DNA of 63,683 bases, counting the filler, from Licmophora abbreviata (Eukaryota), in assembly GCA_900291995.1 (NCBI GenBank). It is 11 parts of 11 records of this genome, joined end to end, with 100 filler letters (N's around TTAATTAATTAA, not from the genome) between each part and the next. Parts side by side here need not be neighbours in the genome. Positions count along the whole stretch, not along the records: positions 51,197 to 53,776 come from OLMU01003234.1; positions 53,877 to 55,907 come from OLMU01003235.1; positions 56,008 to 61,110 come from OLMU01003236.1; positions 61,211 to 63,683 come from OLMU01003246.1; 7 more parts are not named here. The stretch is one strand, 5' to 3'. Every line of letters begins with the position of its first letter. Positions within the stretch are counted from its first letter, which is position 1. Below the pieces are notes generated by a model. The model was not told where the DNA came from, searched no databases, and saw only the letters and a program-made list of their open reading frames with translations. The position numbers and the translations under genes were made by a program. Below are positions 53,729 through 63,683 of this stretch, in pieces.

Positions 53729-55673
53729 CTAGAACGCCTCACTAGCATCGTTGTCCGTCTCGGCTCGCTCTGCGGTNNNNNNNNNNNNNNNNNNNNNNNN
53801 NNNNNNNNNNNNNNNNNNNNTTAATTAATTAANNNNNNNNNNNNNNNNNNNNNNNNNNNNNNNNNNNNNNNNNNNNGTCCGTCTCGGCTCGCTCTGCGGT
53901 CGACTGCTTCATCCCTGCGCTGGAACTGTCGCTGGATCCACTTTGATCCGTTCTCTGCAAGTCATCGGGAGGCGCAACTCGAGCAGTTCTACCTGCGACG
54001 GCGACAGCGTCGTCGTAACTTCCCATCATGAGATAGCCAATTCCCGCGAGAAGATAAAACATGTTCAGACAGATTATTCCATTGCGCTGTTCCACTCCGA
54101 CTTCGTTGAGGCCCGTATAGATCAATGGGGGTAGCCATGTAAGAATCTGACCCGCAAAGAGGAACATTCCCATCAGCTCTGCATCTTGGCCTTCTGGGAT
54201 GATGGTACTCGATAGGAGTCGATCCGTCGTCCATTTCCACCCCGTCCCGATACCCCAGATCCCGGCGATGATGTATGTCTCGAGCTGCTGTCCTGGTTCC
54301 TTTAGTATGAGCCCCGCTGCCAGTGTGTTGGTAAAGAGAATTGCAACTGAGATTAACGAGCTCCATATGGGACTCTTCAACCGCGTCGTTGCCCACGCCG
54401 CGGCAACACCTCCTGGAACAGCACCAATCAACATTATCAAGATAACAATACCATTCTCCGACGACGTGAACGCTAGCTGATCTGAGAGGTATGTGATGGC
54501 AATCGTTGCGAGAGATTGAATGGCTGCTTCGGAAAAAGCGACTGCGATGTAAAACCACTTGAGCGCGTTATAGTGTCGATAGATCTTCTTGGACGTTCGT
54601 ACCACTTGTCGAAAGCCTGCTGTCCATACGGACTGCCCCTCTGGGAGCTCATGTGCAGCAGGCCGATATCGAAAAAGGAACATCCAGGCATATACCAAGG
54701 TGATCGACGAGAAGACAAAGCTGAATAGCTGCGACATTCGGGCTGTGGCAATGTCGTCGTCGGAGATACCAATCGCTGTCGCAAGTCCCAAAACGAAGAT
54801 CAAAAATAGTACCATCGAGCTGTACTGAATGACTGAAAAGTTGGATGTATACTTGTTGAGAAGCTGTCGGTCGTCGGTCAGCTCCGGCAGGTACGCATAT
54901 GTAATCATGGTCTGAGCCCATCCGACTAGAGAGATGATGACCACGGAGATGGCGATGGCAAGCCAGGTCTCTGATGCGAGAAAGATCGACGGAAACAATG
55001 CGACGCACCAAACAATTGTAGTTATCCTTCCAATCTTCAATCTGTAGTCCGTATAGTCCACAACAGCCCCCACTGAAGGCACCAAGCAAGGACAATTCTG
55101 GTGAGAATACCACATATGCTTGAACACTGCAAGCAAACAAAATTTCCAATCAACAAAGAAACATTCAAGTGAATACGTACTGAGCGGCATTAGAATTGAT
55201 GAGAGCAGCCCAATCACAATCGTGTAGGTGGTCAAGAGTGACGACGGTCGGATTCCGTAAATGCGTTCGTTGCATTCTGGCACTTCGTTCTCCCCCGGCG
55301 GTGGTTCAGTTTCGCATCCTGCAGCCTCCTTGGCTAACTTCAAGAGAGCAGTCGCCAGAAAGGCGCCAGCGCTGACGAACGCAATGCTTCGTCCAGCAGT
55401 ATCCAAGGCCCAGCCGAATGCTTCCTGATTTCCATCATAGATTGGTTTTCCTCTCCAGTACGGATATCCTCTTGGCAAGGAAGTACCGCAGTCGCCGTCG
55501 CGATTGTGCTCTGAAAAATCAACTTGATGTTCCTCGCTGTCTAATAATACATGGTCGGTCTGTTGTTGGGGCGCCGAAGGCAAGGACCGAGAAGCTGTTT
55601 CCGATTCTTCTGTCGCGGGAACGTTCGATCTGTCCAAACTACGAGTATCCAGTTCTATTTCAGATACCTCCAT
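53729..55673 (-). CDS. MFS transporter, UMF1/Atg22-like; intron 55073-55180; last codons lie beyond the false gap at 53777-53876
   Basis: About 12 TMs; GWALD..GR, GAVVDYT, YAYLPEL, IIPEGQDAELMG. A 24-nt overlap across the gap gives ...TAERAETDNDASEAF* with TAG at 53729-53731. Confidence 0.9.
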
Positions 55674-56070
55674 GGCTGTCGCTGTCAGTGAATCAAGCGT
55701 ATTCTCGCCGTCGTGTCGGTCGATGTGTCATGGTCGTCGCGTGACATTTATCGATGAGAGAAGTTGATTTCGCGCGAGAGGCCAAAGCTCCGAACGTTTT
55801 GGGAGCTTGAGAGCTCGCGACTTTTTTGTACTGAGATTAAGCGTAGCAGGCACATACAGAGATTCGAGTACTCTCTCCTCGTAGAATACACCGCCACGCA
55901 CAGCTTANNNNNNNNNNNNNNNNNNNNNNNNNNNNNNNNNNNNNNNNNNNNTTAATTAATTAANNNNNNNNNNNNNNNNNNNNNNNNNNNNNNNNNNNNN
56001 NNNNNNNTGCGATGTCCTTCTCTCACTACTTGCCCCCGCATCCTCCGTTCGCACCTTCACTTCTAACATA

Positions 56071-59000
56071 GGACTCGGGAGGAATTGGCTTCGATGAGTA
56101 TGGGGGCGAGCTCGACCTTTACGATCTCAACCTCTCCTCCCCAGAGGGTTCTGCCCCTACGCCTAGTCTCTTGGGAAGCGTCAAAACGAACAGTCGTTTC
56201 TCGAGCATTGGTTGGACGACGGGATCAGGGTCCGTATCCGATCGCTTTCGCATGGGCCTCGTGGCTGGAGGCATGATGGACGGCGTCGTCCACATTTGGA
56301 ATCCGCAATCGCTCTTGAAGAATGAAGAGTCCGCGCTTATTGCGTCGATAACAAAGCATGATGGGGGCGCCGTGAAAGCGCTCAAATTCAATGCTCTCGT
56401 GCCGAACGAGTTGGCGACAGGTGGCAGCGACGGTCAGGTCCTCATCACCTCTCTTGATAATCCGAACCAGCCCAACACGCTCATGCCTGGGACTGAACCC
56501 TCGAAAGGGGCTCAAGTAACTCAGCTTGCTTGGAACTCGCAGGTCGCGCATATTGTTGCTTCCGCCGCTAGTGACGGTGCTGTCAGCGTGTGGGATCTTA
56601 AGTCGAAGCGTCCGTGGTGTCGTCTGCAAGCTGAGTCGTCTGGTATTCCTGTCTCCGACCTTGCATGGAATCCTTCACAGGGACTTCACATGATCACTGC
56701 CTCAGCGGACGATCGGAATCCAATCTTGAAGGTTTGGGATCTGCGTGCGTCGACGACCATACCCCTGGCGACCTTGTCGGGACACTCTCAGGGAATCCTG
56801 AGTATGGCGTGGTGCCCCCATGACGACACGCTCCTCCTCACATGCGGGAAAGACAACCGTACCATTCTTTGGGATCTCCACGCATTAAAACCGATTGCGG
56901 ATATTCCGCTAGACCAGCCGGCTGCTGCGGACTTGAACGAACAGAACCAGAGCTCGTCGTCAGACGTGTTTGGCAGTTCGGCCGGTCTGAGTTCGTCGCA
57001 GCAGCGACGATTCGATGTTCAGTGGTCACCTCTGAAGCGCGGTGTTGTTTCTACATGCTCGTTGGATCGCAAAGTGCAAGCTCATTCCGTAATCGGCTTG
57101 GCGACGGTGAGTGCAACAAGGGCTATCTTCAACACGGTTGTAGAATTTCGTGGGGCAAGCAATTCGCGCACTTCAGCCCTTCTCTGACAGTCGTTTTCAC
57201 TTTCTTCATTTTAGCAATGTGGTCGCCCACCAATGTGGTTGAAACCCAGCAGTGGCGTCTCGTGCGCATTCGGTGCAAGCGTAGTGTCGTTCTCGTCAAC
57301 TGATAAGGTATGAACCGTTGCATGCCTGTGCCATACGCGTATTCTGTCGGGTCGCGTTTCTCATCAATCCTTGCTCGATCCTGTCACCCGAAGGTTGTAA
57401 AAATAACTAGCGCGGTCGAATTGCAAGACTTGGTCGCTGCATCGACGGAGTTCGAAGCTGCAATGGCGGAAGGCAATACAATCGGGTTCTGCGAGTCCAT
57501 GGCGGCGAAAGCCACGAGCACCGGCGATATCGACGAATCGCACATATGGGGATTCATGAAGGTTATTTTCGGTATGTAGCCCGCGCTTGATGCTCTCGCT
57601 TGTACACCAGTTCAATTGCTAATTTACGTTTGTGTTCTCGTCTCGCAGAGGCGAACGCCCGTGAGCAGCTTTTGGGTCATCTCGGGTTCGACGCGGAATC
57701 CATCGCTGAGGCAGCAGCGCAATACAGCGACGACTTGACGAAGGATATGCGATCGATGTCGCTTGACGATAAGGAGACTGTGCCAATGGTAAGCTTTTGA
57801 TTGTTGTTGCCACTTGGGTGTGAGCGTAAGTCTTTGCTAATTCGAACGTCCTTGTTTCTTTTCTCAGACGCAACCCGCTGGGGAGGCTGTGAAGAAAGCT
57901 CTTCTCGTGGGCAACTTCGAGGCAGCCGTCGAATGTTGCTTCCGTACTAACAATCTTGCAGACGCTCTTATCCTTGCCTCTTGTGGCGGAGCTGAGCTTT
58001 GGGCGCGAACGCAGGAGCGCTACTTTGAGACAGAGGTGAAAAAGCGACCGTTCCTTTCGATCGTTAGTGCGATCATCCAGAACAAGGTATGACTTTCAAG
58101 CCCAAGTATCGTCGTTTGTCTCGTACGGATCCCCCTGACACCTTCGTCGTCGAATTTCAGCTAGGAGACCTTGTCGCGGCCTCACATCCCTCTCAATGGC
58201 GAGAAACGTTGGCCATACTTTCGACGTACGGCCAGTCGGACGAATTCCCGTCATTGTGCATTGCTCTCGGAGCTCGTCTGGAGCTGGAGGGAGACGAGAA
58301 GAACGCGTCGCTTTGTCACATGTGCTCCCTCAGCCTCGATCGAGCTGCGAAGCACTGGCTCTCTCAGTTGGATTCGGCAAACAAGGTGAGTTGCTTATGG
58401 TTAACTATTTGATTACGTTGTTTCCTTGCGTTGTGTTCCCTCCTCTCACCCTTTCGTGTTGGCCTTTCTAGACAAAGGGAGGTACGGATCTGCTGGCCCT
58501 TCATGAATTCGTCGTAAAGGTGACAGTGTTTCTCAGAGCGGTGAACCCGTCGACGGAGCTGGACCCTAAGATCGCTGATCTTTTCACCAAGTACGCTTCA
58601 GCTCTCTCCGACCAGGGCCTGCTGGTCGCGGCGGCGCAGTACTGCAGAGGGACCTCGGAAGAGAGCAAGATTCTTCGTGACAGGCTCTACCGTAGTCGAG
58701 AGAGCCCAATGTGCCTTCAGGCGCTGGGTTCCGCGCCGGATTTTCCATTCTCTGTGGCCACCGTCAACAAAGCTCCATCAAGAGCACCAACCGGAAACTC
58801 ACGAGGGCGGCAGCAGCAGATGAACCAGCAGCAGCAATCGTATGCTCAACAGCGCCAAGCGACGACACCTGCGGCGGCACCGGCCTCGCAGCCATATTCA
58901 GGGAGTGCACTGCCGGAGGGATGGGTTGCGCTCCGTGATCCAGGCAGCGGTAGAACGTACTACGCGAACCAGAGCACTGGAGAAACAACTTGGGATCTCC

Positions 59001-59699
59001 CTCAATCTTCCACCAGCAATATGCAACAGGCACCGGCGACCCACAGTGCTCAACAGCAACCGGCACAACGGTCCCAGCAGACAAACGGCACTTCGACTCC
59101 CTCCACACTGGTCTCGAAGTATGGCGATGGCTTTGTAACCTCAGCTTCGCACCCCGAATTGGCGCAACAATATGGCAATATTGGAACAAGGTGAGAAGGA
59201 TGAGTTGCAAATACTTACAACCGCATGTTCTGATCTAACGGCTCTATTATCTTTCTTGTTCCGATACAGCAATCCATATACGGGAGTAGCGAGACCCGGC
59301 ATTGCAGCCGTCTCCCCTGCCGACAAAGCTCCAGACTCTGGGAACTTCGACCCGAATACGATGCCAGAACTGCCGGAAGAGCTTGCGCCGATCAAGGAGG
59401 GTTTCCTTGAACTCGTTGCGGCCCTCGCTGCGTCCACCTTGACTGGGGCAGAGAAACGAATGTTGATCGAGGGCGAAAAGGGCGTCTCTGTTCTTCTGAA
59501 GAAGCTGTCGCGCGGCGGTGTGAGTTCCGAGATCGCTGACCAAGTAAACAATATGGTAAACGCCCTCCGAGCGAGAGATTTTGCATCCGCAACCGCAATC
59601 CAGTCTGCATTGGTAAACCACTACTGGCAAGACCACAAGGATTGGCTCAAAGGAATCAAGTTTATGATTCAACTGGCCTCTAAGAAGCTGTCGTACTAA
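56071..59699 (+). CDS. SEC31: COPII outer coat Sec31 (WD40 + ACE1 + linker with WW domain + C-terminal helical domain); multi-exon, first exon lost in the gap
   Basis: WD40 repeats (VWDLK, KVWDLR, WCPHD); RPPMWLKPSSGVSCAFG; ALLVGNFEAAVECC..ADALILA; WRETLAILSTY; C-terminal ..HKDWLKGIKFMI. Confidence 0.95.
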
Positions 59700-59793
59700 A
59701 GATTTGCAATCATCGCTTACATTATGCCACCGTCGTACCGGTAGAGCTAGTGGTAGACTACTCTAGTGGTACCCAGAGCAACGCCGAGGACTG

Positions 59794-61065
59794 CTAGGTC
59801 TTGTTTGGTCGTTTCTTCTTTGGAACATGAAACTCTCCACCTCCGTCATCGCTGATTCTGCGCTTTTGGACTGGCGCAGACACGAGAGTGTCGTCATGAT
59901 TGACATGCGATATCACAGAATCCGAGGCGATCTCTGCACTTCCCTGTTTGCTTCTCTCGAATGCAGCCAAGTCACGAGCGTATCGTTTTCCATCCCATTT
60001 TTCCCACGCCTTCCATATCCTCTTCTCTTCTTCAGACAATGAGAACCACCTTTCTTTAAGAATGCTGTTTACTTTGTGCTAAAAAGAAACATAGAAAAGG
60101 GACAAATGTTGAGACACAGCCTACCCGTTGTCGAAGACACGCTTCCGGCACTGTCGTACCTTTTCCTTGCGGAGCTCAGGATCAAGCGATTTCTTCACGG
60201 CTTTCCGCGTACCGTTGCAGAAATGCGTGAAAGCCCGCTTGCTTTCTCGTGGCGGTTCGTTGCCATCGTAGTCGGGGAACGCAACAAAATCACCGTCGGG
60301 TCCAACTGCGCCGTCCTTCGCTACAGGTTCGTGGCCATCAGGAGGGCCGCCCGCTTCGACAGCCTTCTGCTTTTCGTCTTTTAGCTCTCGCAGATAATGC
60401 AAGGTGTCGACGTCGAGGAAATGCTCGAACGAGGGCCGCACGTACCATGTTGGTTTACTGTCTCCGTCGACTTCCCGTTTCTCTTTCACGGCGATCTCTG
60501 AGAGCTTCGCACATACTTTGTTCTTGCTAACACGACCTGGATTTTCGTTTGTGAAGGCGTTCGCAATGGAAACGATGCTTGCTGCCCCACTTCTCGCAGC
60601 GCGATTCGTCAACACAGGAATCAGATCATCGGGAAACTCAGCTGATTGGGTAGACACAAAATGAGCTGTTTCGCGACTGTATTCGTTCAGAGTCTTCAGT
60701 CGATCTTGAAGCTTACGCATCTCATCCTCGACTTCTTCCACTTTGTGCTGGAGATTTGCCCGCTCAGCCTCTTCTTGTTGTTTAGCAGCGGCTCGCCTCC
60801 TTGCTCGAAGAATCTTGAAGACTGGGATGTTAACGGACGCAAGATCGGTAATTTCTGGCGAGCTCTGTTTTCCGTCGCTCTGCTTCCCGCCATTCTCCGA
60901 CATTGATGTGGCAAGGCAGACAACCTCTTTCTCGGCCGCTTTCATCAGCGCCTCGCATCGCCGCCCGATAACGTCTATCGGAGCGCTCCGCAGGAAATAA
61001 TCAAAACGAAAATTTGGGTGCCGACGAACTGCCATTTTAACAGCATCCCACTCGCCGTAGCCGAA
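59794..61065 (-). CDS. C-terminal part of an ISWI/SNF2L-like chromatin remodeller (SLIDE + coiled coil + winged-helix-like + HMG box); upstream exons lost in the gap; intron 60079-60159
   Basis: FGYGEWDAVKMAVRRHPNFRFDYFLRS....IGRRCEALMKAAEKE is a SLIDE domain; PPRESKRAFTHFC...ERWFSLSEEEKRIW..DGKRYARD is an HMG box. Confidence 0.85.
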
Positions 61066-61210
61066 CTGTGATGAGCATGAACACGCAAGCTTGACATTAG
61101 CGCTTTGACANNNNNNNNNNNNNNNNNNNNNNNNNNNNNNNNNNNNNNNNNNNNTTAATTAATTAANNNNNNNNNNNNNNNNNNNNNNNNNNNNNNNNNN
61201 NNNNNNNNNN

Positions 61211-62674
61211 CTTGATAAGGCTTTGCACAGTGGAAACGACGTTGTATCTCGACTTCTTTGGCGAAAAACAAGAAATAGCTGGTGACAAGGCAGCCCTCAC
61301 GTCGACGGCGACACTTCGTCCCAGGTAATGTTGGAGGACGGGACCTTTCGCGATTCCGAGTTCCAGACGTACTTGACCAATCTGTGTTCGGCGTTGCACC
61401 GCACGGTACGACGAGGACTTGTAACGGTATTGGATCTCGATACGCTTTGTCAGATCGTCAGTGTTCTCCGTGAAGAACGCAACATGGCGAGCGCGTCTCC
61501 GACCACCATGGCCGCTGCACGTTCCATTTCCAGCGTCATTGAAGATGCGCAAGAGCGACTGATCTTCTGTGCCAACACCGCCTTGACTAAGGAAGTTGTT
61601 CGATTCAAGGCGACCCCACGCGATCTCGACTACCCCGATAATCTGGTTTCGAAAACAACTAGCGGTGCGGAAGAGTCCAAGGACGAAGACAACGCGGCAG
61701 ATGCCGTTCAGCTGCAGCTGCAGGTATACGAATCATGGTTTCCGCCGATGCGCAGCGTGTTGCGTATTCTTTCCAAGATCTTTCGTGTGGTGGAACCGCG
61801 CGTCTTTGAAGATATTGCTCTGGAATGTGTTCAGGCGTGCACACGATGCCTCAAAGATGGTGCTTCCTACATCTTGAAGAAGCGAGGTGTCGTACATGCC
61901 GATCTATTCTTGGTGAAGCACTTGCTCGTAAGTGTCGTGCATGGAGTAACGAGTGTATGTTAATTTTTATTCGGGTTCCAACAACCTATGATCTCCTCTC
62001 TCTGTCTCGTTCCTTCCTTTACAGATCCTCCGAGAACAACTCTCACCTTTTGACATTGAGCTTCGTGCCGTGGAACGACAACTTGACTTCAGTGATGCGG
62101 GCAAGGCGGTATCACGATTCCTGGCTAATCGCAATCGCCGATTGTTCTCCATGAGCACTGAAAATGCATTGGTTACACTTCTGCGCGAGGGCTGTCTGTG
62201 CAAGAGTCATCGGTCGACTCCAAACGTGATTTGGAGGACGCGTTGCGCTCGGCGTGCAACGACTTTATCGAACACACGTCCTCGTCGCTCGCCACTCGGG
62301 TCTTACATTTCGTTGAGCAGTGCAAAGCATTCAAGTCGGATCTTCCGGAGCAAGCGTTCATGAACTTTGAAAGCGTCAAGAGTATCGTCGATCAAACGAC
62401 TGAAGGTCTCGACGACAAGTGGTCTGACGTACGCAAACAAATGAGCCTTTACCTCGACAATCCTGCCACTCAAAGTATTCTACTCAAGCCCGTTATTCGG
62501 AAGATAACTCGCGCACTCGAGGAGACTCGCAAGTTCACAAGCCAGGTCCCTGATGACATGAGCAACTGGGATCCCATTGTTCGATCCGACCTGCTGAAGC
62601 AAATGGACGAAATTGAGAAGACGATCAAGACGGGTGGGTCTACAGGTAGCAACAAGCCAGGTAGTACAAACTAA
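61211..62674 (+). CDS. COG3: Conserved oligomeric Golgi complex subunit 3 (Sec34), C-terminal part; intron 61928-62024; apparent 1-nt deletion at ~62190-62197
   Basis: IEDAQERLIF, YESWFPP, LFLVKHLL|ILREQLSPFDIE, RQLDFS, VDSKRDLE..LRSACNDFI, MSLYLDNPATQSILLKP. Confidence 0.94.
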
Positions 62675-63050
62675 TTTGTTGGAAGTGCTACTAGGCAAAT
62701 GTAGGTTTTTCAAAAGCAGAAGTGACTAGGCATACGTTTTCATACAGGCGAGATCAGAAGGACAAAGGATGAGATGAACTTCTACTGGTTCATGTTCTCT
62801 AGTAGGCACGAGCATGCGTCCGATGTTCACGAGGTCTAATCGTCAGACGCCGCCGCGCGGTGTGACAGCCGGACTGTGTGTTCGCTATGAGCTGACGACC
62901 GCCACACGGACCACAGTCCATGACACACATAACAGGCGACGACGAGCGCCGCCGCTGAGACTATTATACTTGAAACAATCCATGCTTCACAACAGTTTAC
63001 CGATCACTCTTTCTTTTTCTTCGGTCAGTGTCTCGCCTCGCCTTTAAAAG

Positions 63051-63683
63051 ATGTGGGGAGGTGGAGCTGTTCCTCCGCCCCCGATGCCAGTGTACGGCGG
63101 CGCACAAGCAGCCACAACCACACAATCTCAACAGAAGCACGATATCTTTGTCGGAAATCTGGCATTCAATACCACCGAAGACCAGCTACATCAGGCCTTT
63201 TCGGAAATCGGACGTGTCTTGAAAGTGCGATTGGTCACGGACAACGACACAGGAAAGCCCCGTGGTTTCGCTTTTATCGAGTATGAAGATCCTCAGGCGG
63301 CACTGTCGGCGATTCGGAACATGAACGACTACGAGCTGAACGGGAGGCGCGTTCGCGTCAACTTCAGTAACAGTTCCCATTTGGAAGCTCTGGCAGGCAA
63401 GCTTGGGATGGATCTGTCGAGCCGAGATCATCAACCAGCGTCGTCGACATCGGGAGGTCCGCCACGCGGCGCTGGCTCTGGAACTCAGACAGTGTCGGAC
63501 GCCCTCAAGGGATTCTCCAAAAGCGAAGCCTACGATGTGGTGGAAAAGTTGAAAGAAATCGCAGACCGAGATGCCGACGAAGCGCGACGATTGCTATCGG
63601 GTCATCCCCAGCTGCCTGAGGCGATCCTCTTTCTCATGGCATCGCGGCTTGACATGATCCAGACACCGTTGCCCAGCGAAGCG
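63051..63683 (+). CDS. CSTF2: Cleavage stimulation factor 64-kDa subunit (RRM + hinge); runs off the window end
   Basis: Translated by hand from ATG 63051: IFVGNLAF..LVTDNDTGKPRGFAFIEYED..ALSAIRNMNDYELNGRRVRVNF; hinge ARRLLSGHPQLPEA. Confidence 0.92.
   Translation, partial: MWGGGAVPPPPMPVYGGAQAATTTQSQQKHDIFVGNLAFNTTEDQLHQAFSEIGRVLKVRLVTDNDTGKPRGFAFIEYEDPQAALSAIRNMNDYELNGRRVRVNFSNSSHLEALAGKLGMDLSSRDHQPASSTSGGPPRGAGSGTQTVSDALKGFSKSEAYDVVEKLKEIADRDADEARRLLSGHPQLPEAILFLMASRLDMIQTPLPSEA

Noticed and set aside
1570..62200. Calling MTHFR, DHS and COG3 pseudogenes
   Set aside because: Each has a single indel with conserved sequence on both sides and no further decay; assembly error is more parsimonious.

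Overview
Gene-dense eukaryotic nuclear DNA. The organism is inferred to be a diatom, probably pennate, from short GT-AG introns, short intergenic spacers, bipartite 'signal peptide + Phe' plastid presequences and a helicase-associated (HA) domain protein. The window is a draft assembly: ten 100-nt joins (44 N + TTAATTAATTAA + 44 N) separate contigs and cut several genes. About 30 protein-coding genes are supported. Recognisable ones are MTHFR, eIF5, a UBE2G/Ubc7-type E2, a histone-fold protein, an ABHD17-like hydrolase, a Upf1-like SF1 helicase, Exo84, Dre2/anamorsin, a double-AAA ATPase, MMS19, a class I HDAC, an S1 protein, a DUF5672 protein, a PH protein, deoxyhypusine synthase, an Atg22/UMF1 MFS transporter, Sec31, the C-terminus of an ISWI remodeller, COG3 and CstF-64. 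No tRNA, rRNA, CRISPR array or transposon could be supported by eye. The most interesting object is an intronless ~1750-aa predicted plastid protein (21602-26851). It combines a long disordered region with seven Y-[LI]-x-x-[MIL]-x(7-9)-[DN]-W-S motifs, one HLIP/LHC-like membrane helix and 7-8 tandem 34-aa amphipathic repeats, and is a candidate pyrenoid/Rubisco-to-thylakoid tether (inference). Other leads are an RXL-containing acidic single-pass microprotein (silica deposition vesicle candidate), a CCPG1-like LIR membrane protein, an ISWI tail carrying a Cac1-like winged helix plus HMG box, and single-base frameshifts in MTHFR, DHS and COG3 that are most likely assembly errors. All family assignments are from motif recognition; no searches were run.
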